A DNA stretch of 64,000 nucleotides from Escherichia coli (lineage in GTDB: Bacteria; Pseudomonadota; Gammaproteobacteria; Enterobacterales; Enterobacteriaceae). A model generated the notes under the pieces. That model was given only the letters and a program-made list of their open reading frames with translations, was not told where the DNA came from and did no database searches. Made by a program: the position numbers and the translations under genes. How positions within the stretch are numbered: the stretch's first letter is position 1; each line of letters opens with the position of its first letter. Location of the stretch: the NCBI RefSeq assembly GCF_030013595.1, contig NZ_CP122768.1, one strand, 5' to 3'. Positions 1-11,718 of this stretch are shown here, in pieces.

Positions 1-748
1 ATAGTTTGCTGATAATGTATACTCTGAATTCGATGTATCACAGATTCATGTTCAGGCATGTCGGAAGCATTGCTTGTCTCCACCGCCAGGGATGCAAAGG
101 CGCTGGCATAACACAGTGCTGATTCCAGTGATTTTCCTTTCGCAAGTCCTGATGCCAGAGCGCCGTTAAAAGCATCCCCGGCTCCTGCCGTATTTTTAAC
201 GACCGCTGGAAACGCTGGCGAATGAATGAATTTTTTGCCATCAAATGCGAGCGAGCCCTTGCTACCGAGCGTGATAACGGTGTTTTTTACCCCTTTATTG
301 TGGATAGCTTCTGCAGCTCGTTTAGCTGATTCAAGATCGTGTACGTCTATGCCGGACAGTAAACCAGCTTCTGTTTCATTGGGGGTGATATAATCAACAT
401 CCTGAATAAGTTCGTTGACGATATCATTATAGGGTGCCGGGTTAATAATGACCGGGATACTGTTTTTTTGCGCCAATGTGATCGCTTGTTGCAGAGCGGT
501 ATAATTTGTTTCGAGCTGCAGAAGTATGACATCAGAATTAATAATCGCTTCTTTCTGAATAGTTATTTCATCGGACGACATTGTCATGTTGGCACCGGGA
601 TAGATCGCAATAACATTATCGCCAGTACCTTCATTAACAAGGATCGTGGCAGTTCCGGTTTGCGTTTCTTTCGTTTGATAAATTATACTTTTATAAATCT
701 TAGACGAATTCATAAAGTTGATCGCATAATCACTAAAGTGATCTGTAC

Positions 749-757
749 CTACTTTTG
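749..757. repeat. IS1 target-site duplication, left copy (ctacttttg)
   Basis: Identical 9-mer immediately flanks both IS1 ends. Confidence 0.85.
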
Positions 758-772
758 GGTAGTGACTCCAAC

Positions 773-1276
773 TTACTGATAGTGTTTTATGTTCAGATAA
801 TGCCCGATGACCTTGTCATGCAGCTCCACCGATTTTGAGAACGACAGCGACTTCCGTCCCAGCCTTGCCAGATGTTGTCTCAGATTCAGATTATGTCGCT
901 CAATGCGCTGAGTGTAACGCTTGCTGATAACGTGCAGCTTTCCCTTCAGGCGTGATTCATACAGCGGCCAGCCATCCGTCATCCATACCACGACCTCAAA
1001 GGCCGACAGCAGGCTCAGAAGACGCTCCAGTGTGGCCAGAGTGCGTTCACCGAAAACGTGCGCCACAACTGTCCTCCGTATCCTGTCATACGCGTAAAAC
1101 AGCCAGCGCTGACGTGATTTAGCACCGACGTAGCCCCACTGTTCGTCCATTTCCGCGCAGACGATGACGTCACTGCCCGGCTGTATGCGCGAGGTTACCG
1201 ACTGCGGCCTGAGTTTTTTAAATGGCGGAAAATCGTGTTGAGGCCAACGCCCATAATGCGGGCGGTTGCCCGGCAT
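773..1276 (-). CDS. insB: IS1 InsB (transposase C-terminal ORF, expressed as InsAB' by frameshift)
   Basis: 167-aa ORF overlapping the insA 3' end in another frame, typical IS1 organisation. Confidence 0.9.
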   Translation of the reverse strand: MPGNRPHYGRWPQHDFPPFKKLRPQSVTSRIQPGSDVIVCAEMDEQWGYVGAKSRQRWLFYAYDRIRRTVVAHVFGERTLATLERLLSLLSAFEVVVWMTDGWPLYESRLKGKLHVISKRYTQRIERHNLNLRQHLARLGRKSLSFSKSVELHDKVIGHYLNIKHYQ

Positions 1277-1470
1277 CCGACGCCATTCATGGCCATATCA
1301 ATGATTTTCTGGTGCGTACCGGGTTGAGAAGCGGTGTAAGTGAACTGCAGTTGCCATGTTTTACGGCAGTGAGAGCAGAGATAGCGCTGATGTCCGGCAG
1401 TGCTTTTGCCGTTACGCACCACCCCGTCAGTAGCTGAACAGGAGGGACAGCTGATAGAAACAGAAGCCAC
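1195..1470 (-). CDS. insA: IS1 InsA
   Basis: 91-aa [45 protein letters not shown]... matches IS1 InsA. Confidence 0.9.
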   Translation of the reverse strand: MASVSISCPSCSATDGVVRNGKSTAGHQRYLCSHCRKTWQLQFTYTASQPGTHQKIIDMAMNGVGCRATARIMGVGLNTIFRHLKNSGRSR

Positions 1471-1525
1471 TGGAGCACCTCAAAAACACCATCATACACT
1501 AAATCAGTAAGTTGGCAGCATCACC

Positions 1526-1534
1526 CTACTTTTG
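1526..1534. repeat. IS1 target-site duplication, right copy (ctacttttg)
   Basis: Identical 9-mer immediately flanks both IS1 ends. Confidence 0.85.
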
Positions 1535-1736
1535 TTATGAAATAAACATCAGTATCGGCAAAGCTTGCTGCCAGCGCCTGGTTACAACCTTTTCCCCCCG
1601 GTGAAAATATAAAATTACTTGCCAGAAGCGATTCTCCGATAGTGGGAAGCCTCGGCAAATAACTGATGATATCAACATTAAACGAACCAATAACGCATAC
1701 TTGACTTTTCATAGTTGAGTGGCCTTTTTTTATTCC

Positions 1737-1979
1737 CTAGGCTGTATCATAATTTTCAAGCGCATAAGCGATTTCATTTTTCGCAATAGTATCAAGCGAG
1801 TCTAGGACGATAAAAGCACCGCCATGATATCGAGTCAGATAGCCAAGTCTGGCAAGTTCATTAAGATCTGATCGAATAGTTTCTTTCGTTACATTGAGGC
1901 TATTGGACAGATCGGATACTTTTACAGAACCGAATTTACTGAGTCGTTTCAATATTTCATGATGGCGTTCAAATTTCAT
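1737..1979 (-). CDS. Short DeoR-family HTH protein (80 aa), possibly a truncated regulator of the downstream kinase
   Basis: MKFERHHEILKRLSKFGSVKVSDLSNSLNVTKETIRSDLNELARLGYL resembles a DeoR N-terminal HTH domain; stop lies 25 bp upstream of the kinase start. Confidence 0.5.
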   Translation of the reverse strand: MKFERHHEILKRLSKFGSVKVSDLSNSLNVTKETIRSDLNELARLGYLTRYHGGAFIVLDSLDTIAKNEIAYALENYDTA

Positions 1980-2097
1980 GCTTCACCTCACTTCAGTTAC
2001 GTTAATATCTGTCGATGTATATTGATGTGATAATCACCATAAAGTGGCGGGGAAAAGCAAAAAAAATCAAAAATAGCCGGAGAAAAGGTAAGCGTTA

Positions 2098-2580
2098 ATG
2101 GAGAATCATATTGATGCTTATTTATTGGTGAGAACTACGTTCCATGGCAGGAGTTCATCAATACGGTTGGAAGGTTATTCCGGCAGTACGCTCAGGATAT
2201 GGCGCAGATACTCTTCCGGATCAATGTCGTTCAGAAGGCAAGTGCCGATAAGCCCATACAACAGTGCACTGCGCTCGCCGTCGAAGAACATAAAGTTTTT
2301 ATTTCCGAGACAGATGGCACAAAGGGCTTTTTCCGCGGCATTATGTCTGCCTCCGCCTGACCGTCAACACTGTAATAACAGAGTGCGCCCCACTGATTCA
2401 GTACACAGCTGAACCATTCTCCCAGTCTGGATTTTTGGACAGCGTGGCATTTTTCTCCACCATCCACGCATGCAGTGAGTCCAGTAACAGTTTGCTCTTC
2501 CTCTGCCTGACCACAAGATGTTCTGGTTCTGGCATACTGAATTTGGCCACCTGAGCATAGGTAATATGCTCACCTTAGAA
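2098..2580 (-). mobile_element. IS66-family transposase 3' remnant, frame-broken
   Basis: Minus-strand translation in shifting frames gives ...LHAWMVEK..PKIQTG..., ...QWGALCYYSVDGQ...IMPRKKPF... and ...DPEEYLRHILSVLPE..RIDELLPWNV, resembling the conserved C-terminus of IS66 TnpC. Confidence 0.5.
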
Positions 2581-2590
2581 CAACACAGAT

Positions 2591-3288
<698 letters not shown>

Positions 3289-3477
3289 CGCTTACGCGAG
3301 AGCAATAAGTGGCTGGCCACCATTCTCGATACAAAACTCTGCTGAATAGCAGCGATTTTCCCAGCGTGGTGCGTCTTTTGCATTTTACTGGTTCTGAGTT
3401 ATCAATTATCTGTTCACTAATGACTACTCTAAAAAGTTGTATCAATTTAAGTGATATAGGGAGTCCGGAGATTCACC
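3289..3477 (-). mobile_element. IS2-like left-end remnant (terminal repeat plus degenerate orfA 5' region)
   Basis: Minus-strand sequence TGAATCTCCGGACTCCCTATATCACTTAAAT...TTTTTAGAGTAGTCATT..GAACAGATAATTGAT...ATCGCTGCTATTCAGCAGAG resembles the IS2 left end and orfA start (MID..P.K.RRTT..K) as recalled from memory; abuts the truncated receptor gene. Confidence 0.45.
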
Positions 3478-4002
3478 CTTTTTGGTGATGAAGTTAACAA
3501 TACCGCCAATTGCCTGTGAACCGTACAGTACGGAATATGGACCTTTCACTACCTCAACACGCTCCAGCGCAGACTCATCTATCAACAGTCCCACACCATA
3601 ATTATCTCCGGCGCGCTGATAAGTTACCTCCTGACCATCAATGAGAATTAAAACACGGGAGGATGCTTCGCCACGAATGCGGATTTGTTTACGGCCTGCC
3701 AAGGAGTTGTCTGTTATCTCTACTCCGGGGATGTCCTGCAAATTATCGGCTATGGAGGCATTGGTGGAGTTCTGCAATGTTTGTTGGTCAATAACCTGTA
3801 TAGTCGCCGGGCTTTCCCAAAGGTTGCTTGCCGAACGATTCGTGGTCACGACGAGCGTCTCTTCGTTGCTGATTTTTGTTTCTGAAGAAGTTGCGGTTGC
3901 AGTAGAAACTATCCCAGAAATGCATAATGACAGAGTGGAAAGGATATAAATTCGACAAGGTATATTATATAACATTTCATCCCTCATTAATACAAAGCAC
4001 AA
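3442..4002 (-). pseudogene. TonB-dependent outer-membrane receptor, N-terminal plug fragment (yoeA-like), truncated by IS insertion
   Basis: Signal peptide, TonB-box-like ETLVVT, plug-domain motifs (IRIRGEASSRVLILIDGQEV, VEVVKGPYSVLYGSQAIGG); the frame runs into the IS2-like terminal repeat and stops; no barrel domain follows. Confidence 0.6.
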
Positions 4003-4182
4003 ATGATTGCTGTAATGATAATTATTTTCATTTATGTTCTCATATATCTATAATTATTGTCATCTTCATAAATTGTAAATATCAAACATTTTTGACCTTA
4101 ATCATGTTTTTTGATAGATATTTTACGACTGAACATATCCGTCGTTTCCTCTGACTCGTGTCAGTCGGTCTCTGGTTGTATC

Positions 4183-4221
4183 CACGGACCGCACTCTTGA
4201 CATAAGAGTGCGGTCCGTGGA
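4183..4221. repeat. Perfect 17-bp inverted repeat with 5-nt loop (ccacggaccgcactctt gacat aagagtgcggtccgtgg)
   Basis: Read directly from sequence; GC-rich stem in an AT-rich noncoding segment; no adjacent T-run on either strand. Confidence 0.8.
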
Positions 4222-5646
4222 AAACGGAGTTGAAAAAATGGTGTCTGAAAGAAGGTACCATCATTGTGATGACAAATACTTTGGCGTGGATAATGTAATT
4301 AATTGCTGAAATTGACCGTATATGCGGTAAGACTCATATCAGTATCAGGTCCGGTTAATTGCTGATACTAATATAAACTTTTTACAAAAGGATGAATGCA
4401 GAAGGTTACTCTAATGGCCAGAGTGATGACAATGATGGTCAGACGTTGACCTGCAGAAACTGCATTTTAATTGGTCTATAAAGTCTGCAAGAGGAATCAG
4501 GGTCAGATCAGTGAGTCTTATCGCGGCCCGAAGCTATGACTGAAAGAAGGCTGGATACAGAATTGCAACAATTTGGCAATGTCAGAACACAGAAGCTTTG
4601 CAAGCAGGTGAAAGGTTATGTCTAGCAAAAGGAGTATATCAGAATATATCTACTGATGTACAAAACACAACAATAGCTTCATGATATATAAATACGTGAT
4701 GACGAGTGGTACTCCGCATGGTTATTTAACTTCTCAGCACCACTAATGATCCTGAGCAACTTCGTATTTGGGCCATTACCATGGAGTAGAAAGCTGTGTC
4801 TGAGAATGCAGAATTTGAGAAAAGAATTCGCTTTCTTGGAGAGCTTCTGAAAATGGCACGCTAACAACGTTTTGTTAAAAAATGTGAATCACTTGCCGGG
4901 GCTGCATTTTCTATTCGAGGAGAATGTTGACGTAGATATTACAGAAATCTCAGCGCATCAGGATAAACTGCTACCTTAGGTCAACCACCAAAAGAAAATA
5001 CAATACGTCCAGTTTGTATGCCTTTAATAACACATCTTCTAAATGTTGAAGAATTATCCCGCCTGCTGAAGAACGTTGCTCTGAGTGTGATAAACCTTTT
5101 TATTCTTGATGATGTCAGCGAGAAGATGGAATATATCCCCGACTGGGTCGTGGTTACCCGGTTAAACATCTGGTGGCGCTAATAAATCTGGCAAGTCACA
5201 TTCTGTTGAATGCTGTGACAGTGCCTTACCGAGAGAGCGAAATTGTGGTGTTCTAGTGCATAGTCGCCACCATTCCGGATAATTCTATTACGTTGTTTTA
5301 CAAGTTCTTTTACAGCGCAGATCTGTCGCTGACGTTGAATCAATAGCCTGGATTTCAGAACACAATGCCCGTTTGCTGGTTGTTCCGGCAGTAGCATTAA
5401 TTCATTATCTGAATGAAATGTGTCAATCCACAGAAACCGCTGTCAATGACGCATTTTGTCGGACGTTAACACGAGAAAGTCTGGCTATTCCGTAATGCCA
5501 TCTTATTTCGTAATGGATTGAGAATGCTGGATTTTTAATTATATTACGCGCAGTATTAATCGCGTAAATGTTTTGCGGTCAGCAACGGTGGGGGATCCAT
5601 TGTTCTGTTCAATGAATACCATCATACAATTGAATCAGGAGTCGGT

Positions 5647-6192
5647 ATGATGATTTTGGTGACGGGGGGCGCACGGAGCGGGAAGAGTCGCCACGCAGAG
5701 GCGCTTATTGGGGACTCTTCACAGGTTCTGTATATCGCCACCTCGCAAATCCTTGATGACGAGATGGCTGCACGGATAGAACATCATCGGCAAGGCCGTC
5801 CGGCGCACTGGCGCACGGTGGAGCGTTGGCAACATCTTGATGAATTAATTCATGCAGACATTAACCCGCATGAAGCTGTGTTGCTGGAATGCGTTACCAC
5901 AATGGTGACTAATCTGTTGTTTGATTATGGCGGCGATAAAGACCCTGATGAATGGGATTATCAGGCGATGGAACAGGCGATTAATGCTGAGATTCAGTCG
6001 TTGATTGCTGCCTGCCAACGTTGCCCCGCAAAGGTTGTATTAGTGACTAACGAAGTGGGAATGGGGATTGTGCCGGAGAGTCGTCTGGCACGACATTTTC
6101 GTGATATTGCCGGGCGGGTAAATCAGCAGCTGGCCGCTGCGGCAAATGAAGTATGGCTGGTGGTTTCGGGTATTGGAGTAAAAATCAAATGA
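5647..6192 (+). CDS. cobU: Adenosylcobinamide kinase / adenosylcobinamide-phosphate guanylyltransferase
   Basis: 181 aa, P-loop GGARSGKS; cobU-cobS-cobT order with overlapping junction. Confidence 0.93.
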   Translation: MMILVTGGARSGKSRHAEALIGDSSQVLYIATSQILDDEMAARIEHHRQGRPAHWRTVERWQHLDELIHADINPHEAVLLECVTTMVTNLLFDYGGDKDPDEWDYQAMEQAINAEIQSLIAACQRCPAKVVLVTNEVGMGIVPESRLARHFRDIAGRVNQQLAAAANEVWLVVSGIGVKIK

Positions 6193-6932
6193 GTAAATTA
6201 TTTTGGGCGATGCTCTCATTTATTACGCGTCTGCCTGTACCGCGTCGCTGGTCCCAGGGACTGGATTTCGAGCATTATTCTCGCGGTATTATTACTTTTC
6301 CTTTAATTGGATTATTGCTTGGCGCGATTAGCGGGCTGGTCTTCATGGTGCTGCAGGCATGGTGTGGCGTACCACTGGCGGCACTGTTTAGCGTACTTGT
6401 GCTGGCGCTGATGACCGGGGGATTCCACCTAGACGGCCTCGCCGATACCTGTGATGGCGTATTTTCTGCACGTAGCCGCGATCGCATGTTGGAAATCATG
6501 CGTGATAGCCGTTTAGGCACCCATGGCGGTCTGGCATTGATTTTTGTTGTACTGGCAAAGATTCTGGTATTAAGCGAGTTGGCTCTGCGTGGCGAACCGA
6601 TCCTTGCATCGCTGGCGGCAGCATGTGCGGTCAGCCGCGGGACTGCCGCATTATTGATGTATCGTCATCGTTATGCCCGGGAAGAAGGGCTTGGCAATGT
6701 GTTCATTGGCAAAATTGATGGGCGACAAACCTGCGTCACACTCGGCTTAGCCGCTATTCTTGCTGCCGTATTATTGCCGGGTATGCATGGTGTGACTGCT
6801 ATGGTGGTGACGATGGTGGCGATTTTCATCCTCGGTCAGCTTCTCAAACGTACGCTGGGCGGGCAAACCGGCGATACGCTGGGAGCTGCTATAGAGCTTG
6901 GTGAACTGGTCTTCCTGCTGGCACTGCTATAA
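6189..6932 (+). CDS. cobS: Cobalamin 5'-phosphate synthase
   Basis: 247-aa polytopic membrane protein starting MSKLFWAML; 4-bp overlap with cobU stop. Confidence 0.9.
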   Translation: MSKLFWAMLSFITRLPVPRRWSQGLDFEHYSRGIITFPLIGLLLGAISGLVFMVLQAWCGVPLAALFSVLVLALMTGGFHLDGLADTCDGVFSARSRDRMLEIMRDSRLGTHGGLALIFVVLAKILVLSELALRGEPILASLAAACAVSRGTAALLMYRHRYAREEGLGNVFIGKIDGRQTCVTLGLAAILAAVLLPGMHGVTAMVVTMVAIFILGQLLKRTLGGQTGDTLGAAIELGELVFLLALL

Positions 6933-6943
6933 AGAGACGTGAC

Positions 6944-8023
6944 ATGCAAACACTTGCCGATTTACTGAATACGATCCCTGCTATCGATCCTGCCGCTATG
7001 TCGCGTGCACAACGGCATATTGACGGGTTACTCAAACCTGTTGGTAGCCTGGGAAGGCTGGAGGCGCTTGCCATACAACTGGCGGGAATGCCGGGGTTGA
7101 ATGGCATACCGCATGTGGGCAAAAAAGCGGTACTGGTTATGTGTGCCGATCACGGCGTCTGGGAGGAAGGGGTCGCTATTTCCCCAAAAGAAGTGACAGC
7201 CATTCAGGCTGAAAATATGACCCGCGGAACAACCGGCGTGTGTGTGCTGGCAGCACAAGCGGGCGCTAACGTCCACGTAGTTGATGTTGGTATTGATAGT
7301 GCTGAGCCTATCCCCGGGCTTATCAACATGCGTGTCGCACGAGGTAGCGGCAATATTGCTTCAGCTCCGGCAATGAGTCGCCGTCAGGCTGAAAAGTTGC
7401 TTTTGGACGTCATATGTTATACGCGGGAGCTAGCAAAAAACGGTGTCACGCTGTTTGGTGTAGGTGAACTGGGGATGGCAAACACGACACCGGCAGCGGC
7501 AATAGTCAGCACAATCACTGGCCGGGATCCTGAAGAAGTGGTTGGGATTGGCGCAAACCTGCCGACAGATAAACTGGCTAATAAAATTGATGTTGTGCGC
7601 CGGGCGATTACGTTGAATCAACCAAATCCGCAGGATGGCGTTGATGTTCTGGCAAAAGTGGGGGGATTTGATTTGGTCGGAATGGCTGGCGTGATGTTAG
7701 GCGCTGCTTCCTGCGGTTTACCCGTGTTGCTGGATGGATTTCTTTCTTATGCTGCTGCGCTCGCAGCCTGCCAGATGTCTCCTGCAATCAAACCGTATCT
7801 CATTCCTTCTCACCTGTCGGCAGAAAAAGGGGCGCGTATAGCGCTGTCGCATTTGGGGCTGGAGCCTTATCTCAATATGGAGATGCGTTTAGGTGAGGGG
7901 AGTGGCGCAGCTCTGGCGATGCCCATCATCGAAGCTGCTTGTGCGATATACAACAACATGGGCGAACTTGCTGCCAGTAATATTGTTCTACCGGGGAATA
8001 CGACTTCTGATTTGAACAGTTAA
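6944..8023 (+). CDS. cobT: Nicotinate-nucleotide:dimethylbenzimidazole phosphoribosyltransferase
   Basis: 359 aa; conserved position after cobS. Confidence 0.93.
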   Translation: MQTLADLLNTIPAIDPAAMSRAQRHIDGLLKPVGSLGRLEALAIQLAGMPGLNGIPHVGKKAVLVMCADHGVWEEGVAISPKEVTAIQAENMTRGTTGVCVLAAQAGANVHVVDVGIDSAEPIPGLINMRVARGSGNIASAPAMSRRQAEKLLLDVICYTRELAKNGVTLFGVGELGMANTTPAAAIVSTITGRDPEEVVGIGANLPTDKLANKIDVVRRAITLNQPNPQDGVDVLAKVGGFDLVGMAGVMLGAASCGLPVLLDGFLSYAAALAACQMSPAIKPYLIPSHLSAEKGARIALSHLGLEPYLNMEMRLGEGSGAALAMPIIEAACAIYNNMGELAASNIVLPGNTTSDLNS

Positions 8024-8087
8024 AAACGAAAAGTCTGATAAAAGCTATACTTAACCGATAGCTTTCGCGACTTAGGAAAGGGACATG

Positions 8088-9020
8088 ATGCGTCGTGTAA
8101 ATATTTTTTGCTCATTTGCTCTACTTTTTGCCAGCCATAATAGCCTGGCGGTAACTTATCCATTACCTCCAGAGGGTAGCCGTTTAGTGGGACAATCGCT
8201 TACTGTAACTATTCCTGATCACAATACCCAGCCGCTGGAGACTTTTGCCGCACAATACGGGCAAGGGTTAAGTAACATGCTGGAAGCGAATCCGGGCGCT
8301 GATGTTTTCTTGCCGAAGTCAGGCTCGCAACTCACCATTCCGCAGCAACTGATTTTGCCCGCCACTGTTCGTAAAGGGATTGTGGTTAACGTCGCTGAGA
8401 TGCGTCTTTATTACTACCCACCAGACAGTAATACTGTGGAGGTTTTTCCTATTGGTATCGGCCAGGCTGGGCGAGAAACCCCGCGTAACTGGGTGACTAC
8501 CGTTGAACGTAAACAAGAAGCACCAACCTGGACGCCAACGCCGAACACCCGGCGCGAATATGCGAAACGAGGGGAGAGTTTGCCCGCATTTGTTCCTGCG
8601 GGGCCCGATAATCCCATGGGGCTGTACGCGATTTATATTGGCAGGCTATATGCCATCCACGGTACCAATGCCAATTTTGGTATTGGGCTCCGGGTAAGTC
8701 AGGGCTGTATTCGTCTGCGCAATGACGATATCAAATATCTGTTTGATAATGTTCCTGTAGGTACTCGTGTGCAACTTATTGATCAGCCAGTGAAATACAC
8801 AACGGAACCGGATGGATCAAAGTGGCTGGAAGTTCATGAGCCGCTGTCGCGCAATCGTGCAGAATATGAGTCTGACCGAAAAGTGCCATTGCCGGTAACC
8901 CCATCTTTGCGGGTGTTTATCAACGGGCAAGAAGTTGATGTAAATCGCGCAAATGCTGCGTTGCAACGTCGATCGGGAATGCCTGTGCAAATTAGTTCTG
9001 GTTCAAGACAGATGTTTTAA
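8088..9020 (+). CDS. ldtA: L,D-transpeptidase (ErfK/YkuD family)
   Basis: 310 aa with signal peptide and a catalytic-type HGT..G..SQGCIRL motif. Confidence 0.9.
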   Translation: MRRVNIFCSFALLFASHNSLAVTYPLPPEGSRLVGQSLTVTIPDHNTQPLETFAAQYGQGLSNMLEANPGADVFLPKSGSQLTIPQQLILPATVRKGIVVNVAEMRLYYYPPDSNTVEVFPIGIGQAGRETPRNWVTTVERKQEAPTWTPTPNTRREYAKRGESLPAFVPAGPDNPMGLYAIYIGRLYAIHGTNANFGIGLRVSQGCIRLRNDDIKYLFDNVPVGTRVQLIDQPVKYTTEPDGSKWLEVHEPLSRNRAEYESDRKVPLPVTPSLRVFINGQEVDVNRANAALQRRSGMPVQISSGSRQMF

Positions 9021-9041
9021 GAGCGTTGGTAATTAGAAAGC

Positions 9042-9070
9042 AAAAAGCCTGCTAAAAAGCAGGCTTTTTT
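9042..9070. terminator. Bidirectional intrinsic terminator between ldtA and asnV
   Basis: Hairpin aaaaagcctgct/agcaggcttttt flanked by A-run and T-run. Confidence 0.7.
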
Positions 9071-9075
9071 GAATT

Positions 9076-9151
9076 TGGCTCCTCTGACTGGACTCGAACC
9101 AGTGACATACGGATTAACAGTCCGCCGTTCTACCGACTGAACTACAGAGGA
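9076..9151 (-). tRNA. asnV: tRNA-Asn (GUU)
   Basis: Reverse complement is the 76-nt E. coli tRNA-Asn with CCA end; anticodon loop cuGUUaa. Confidence 0.95.
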
Positions 9152-9405
9152 ATCGTGTGAACGGGGCGCATATTAATGGCAGTGCATGGTGATGTCAAAG
9201 GGTGAAATGCATTTTTTTGTTTGTTTGCTGTCAATTTCAACAAAGTGGTGAGCTTTCAATCTTATTGGTAATGAACCATCGTGGTGCATACCCTCCTTTT
9301 ATGGGGCAGGGGAACGCGACAGCTGATAAAAAGAGCCAATGACGAACCTATCATAATCTCTTATTTGACAGTTGGTTAGCTTGTACATCAACGCCAAAAT
9401 AAAAC

Positions 9406-9421
9406 TGGCAAGCATCTTGCA
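9406..9421 (+). promoter_or_regulatory. Sigma-54 -24/-12 promoter element for nac (TGGCAagcatcTTGCA)
   Basis: Matches TGGCAC-N5-TTGCW about 55 bp upstream of the nac start; nac is a known sigma-54/NtrC-dependent gene. Confidence 0.55.
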
Positions 9422-9476
9422 GTCTGGTTGTAAGTAATGGCGGCACTTGGGCCGATTCTTATAAACCGGAGGCAAC

Positions 9477-10394
9477 ATGAACTTCAGACGCCTGAAATAC
9501 TTCGTAAAAATTGTAGATATTGGTAGCCTGACCCAGGCTGCTGAAGTATTGCATATCGCACAACCAGCGCTCAGTCAGCAGGTTGCCACACTGGAAGGTG
9601 AGTTAAATCAACAACTTTTGATTCGCACAAAACGGGGCGTTACGCCAACTGACGCCGGAAAAATTCTCTATACCCATGCGCGGGCCATTTTACGTCAGTG
9701 TGAGCAGGCCCAACTGGCGGTGCATAACGTTGGTCAGGCATTATCGGGGCAAGTCTCGATTGGCTTTGCGCCAGGAACCGCTGCGTCATCCATCACCATG
9801 CCCTTATTACAGGCGGTTCGCGCTGAATTCCCGGAGGTCGTTATCTATCTTCATGAAAATAGCGGTGCAGTACTTAACGAAAAACTGATAAATCATCAAC
9901 TCGATATGGCGGTGATTTATGAGCATTCCCCTGTGGCTGGTGTATCCAGCCAGGCTTTGCTGAAAGAAGATCTTTTCCTGGTAGGAACTCAAGATTGCCC
10001 GGGGCAAAGCGTTGATGTTAATGCTATTGCGCAAATGAACCTCTTTCTCCCTAGTGATTACAGTGCTATTAGACTTCGTGTTGATGAGGCTTTTTCCCTA
10101 CGGCGACTCACGGCAAAAGTCATTGGTGAAATTGAGTCTATTGCCACGCTTACCGCAGCGATTGCTAGCGGCATGGGCGTTGCAGTATTACCCGAATCGG
10201 CCGCGCGTTCGTTATGTGGCGCAGTAAATGGTTGGATGTCACGCATTACCACTCCTTCCATGAGTCTCTCTTTGTCATTAAATTTACCCGCCAGAGCGAA
10301 CTTATCGCCACAGGCACAGGCAGTGAAAGAGTTGTTAATGTCAGTGATGAGTTCTCCAGTGATGGAAAAAAGGCAGTGGCAATTGGTGAGCTAA
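9477..10394 (+). CDS. nac: Nitrogen assimilation control protein, LysR family
   Basis: 305 aa, N-terminal LysR HTH ([35 protein letters not shown]). Confidence 0.92.
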   Translation: MNFRRLKYFVKIVDIGSLTQAAEVLHIAQPALSQQVATLEGELNQQLLIRTKRGVTPTDAGKILYTHARAILRQCEQAQLAVHNVGQALSGQVSIGFAPGTAASSITMPLLQAVRAEFPEVVIYLHENSGAVLNEKLINHQLDMAVIYEHSPVAGVSSQALLKEDLFLVGTQDCPGQSVDVNAIAQMNLFLPSDYSAIRLRVDEAFSLRRLTAKVIGEIESIATLTAAIASGMGVAVLPESAARSLCGAVNGWMSRITTPSMSLSLSLNLPARANLSPQAQAVKELLMSVMSSPVMEKRQWQLVS

Positions 10395-10495
10395 GCGTTA
10401 TATCGGGATGGAATAAGATGCGGGTTTTTATTATTTGTTATGCCGGGCATTAGACTTTAACAATAACGGGATATCTGAACTGCCCGGAGTTTACC

Positions 10496-11446
10496 GTGAA
10501 TTTCCAACAACTAAAGATAATCCGCGAGGCTGCACGTCAGGATTACAACTTGACAGAGGTTGCGAATATGCTTTTTACCTCACAGTCAGGCGTCAGCCGT
10601 CACATTCGGGAACTGGAGGATGAACTTGGCATCGAAATATTTGTTCGACGAGGTAAGCGACTGCTGGGCATGACTGAACCGGGCAAAGCATTACTGGTCA
10701 TTGCAGAACGCATTCTTAATGAAGCCAGTAATGTTCGTCGGCTTGCAGACCTGTTTACCAACGATACGTCTGGCGTTCTCACTATTGCAACGACGCATAC
10801 TCAGGCACGTTATAGCTTGCCTGAGGTCATTAAAGCTTTTCGCGAACTTTTCCCGGAGGTTCGGCTGGAGCTAATCCAGGGTACACCACAGGAAATTGCG
10901 ACGTTGTTGCAAAATGGCGAAGCTGATATTGGTATCGCCAGCGAGCGTTTGAGTAATGACCCGCAGCTCGTCGCCTTCCCGTGGTTTCGTTGGCACCATA
11001 GTTTGCTTGTTCCACTCGATCATCCCTTGACGCAAATTACACCGTTGACGCTGGAATCAATAGCGAAGTGGCCGTTAATTACTTACCGACAGGGGATTAC
11101 CGGGCGCTCACGTATTGATGACGCATTTGTCCGCAAAGGTTTGCTGGCAGATATTGTATTAAGTGCGCAGGATTCTGATGTCATTAAAACCTATGTTGCT
11201 CTTGGGCTGGGGATTGGATTAGTTGCCGAACAATCCAGCGGCGAACAAGAGGAAGAGAATTTAATCCGTCTGGATACGCGGCATCTTTTCGATGCCAATA
11301 CTGTATGGTTGGGACTGAAGCGAGGGCAACTTCAACGTAACTATGTCTGGCGCTTTCTGGAACTTTGTAATGCAGGACTGTCAGTTGAGGATATCAAGCG
11401 CCAGGTGATGGAGAACAGTGAAGAGGAAATTGATTATCAGATATAG
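10496..11446 (+). CDS. cbl: Sulfonate-utilisation transcriptional activator, LysR family (CysB paralogue)
   Basis: 316 aa LysR HTH protein directly downstream of nac. Confidence 0.9.
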   Translation: MNFQQLKIIREAARQDYNLTEVANMLFTSQSGVSRHIRELEDELGIEIFVRRGKRLLGMTEPGKALLVIAERILNEASNVRRLADLFTNDTSGVLTIATTHTQARYSLPEVIKAFRELFPEVRLELIQGTPQEIATLLQNGEADIGIASERLSNDPQLVAFPWFRWHHSLLVPLDHPLTQITPLTLESIAKWPLITYRQGITGRSRIDDAFVRKGLLADIVLSAQDSDVIKTYVALGLGIGLVAEQSSGEQEEENLIRLDTRHLFDANTVWLGLKRGQLQRNYVWRFLELCNAGLSVEDIKRQVMENSEEEIDYQI

Positions 11447-11476
11447 CAAAAAGCCCGCTATAAAAGCGGGCTTTTC
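11447..11476. terminator. Bidirectional intrinsic terminator between cbl and asnU
   Basis: Hairpin aaagcccgct/agcgggcttt followed by a T-run. Confidence 0.6.
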
Positions 11477-11482
11477 AGAAAT

Positions 11483-11558
11483 TGGCTCCTCTGACTGGAC
11501 TCGAACCAGTGACATACGGATTAACAGTCCGCCGTTCTACCGACTGAACTACAGAGGA
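11483..11558 (-). tRNA. asnU: tRNA-Asn (GUU)
   Basis: Identical 76-nt tRNA-Asn sequence. Confidence 0.95.
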
Positions 11559-11718
11559 ATCGCTGTTGAGGCACATCTTAACGGCGAAAAATCTTTTGTC
11601 AAACCCGATTTTTAAATTTCCCAACTGTTTGCCGTTTCTATCAACAGTTTGTTGCATTTGCAGACAATTTGTTGGCGAAAATCTTTGCAGCTTTGCTGAT
11701 TCTCCCTCATTATTTGAA

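Larger units (their letters stand above)
758..1525 (-). mobile_element. IS1 insertion sequence, complete 768 bp
   Basis: Terminal inverted repeats ggtagtgactccaacttactgat (758..) and atcagtaagttggcagcatcacc (..1525); contains insA and insB ORFs; flanked by 9-bp direct repeats. Confidence 0.93.
1..1712 (-). pseudogene. PfkB/ribokinase-family sugar kinase interrupted by IS1 (segments 1526..1712 and <1..757; 3' end runs off the window)
   Basis: N-terminal 63 codons (MKSQVCVIGSFNVDII...GGKGCNQA motif) end inside the IS1 terminal repeat; the frame resumes in phase at 748 after removing IS1 plus one copy of the 9-bp duplication and stays open to position 1. Confidence 0.7.

Noticed and set aside
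468-779. 103-codon plus-strand ORF
   Set aside because: Antisense to the PfkB kinase coding sequence and running into the IS1 end; spurious.
11566-11718. N-terminal extension of yeeO giving a 546-aa protein
   Set aside because: The extension starts 8 bp after asnU, overlaps its terminator and is Cys-rich and non-membrane; the start at 11719 gives a typical 495-aa MATE protein.
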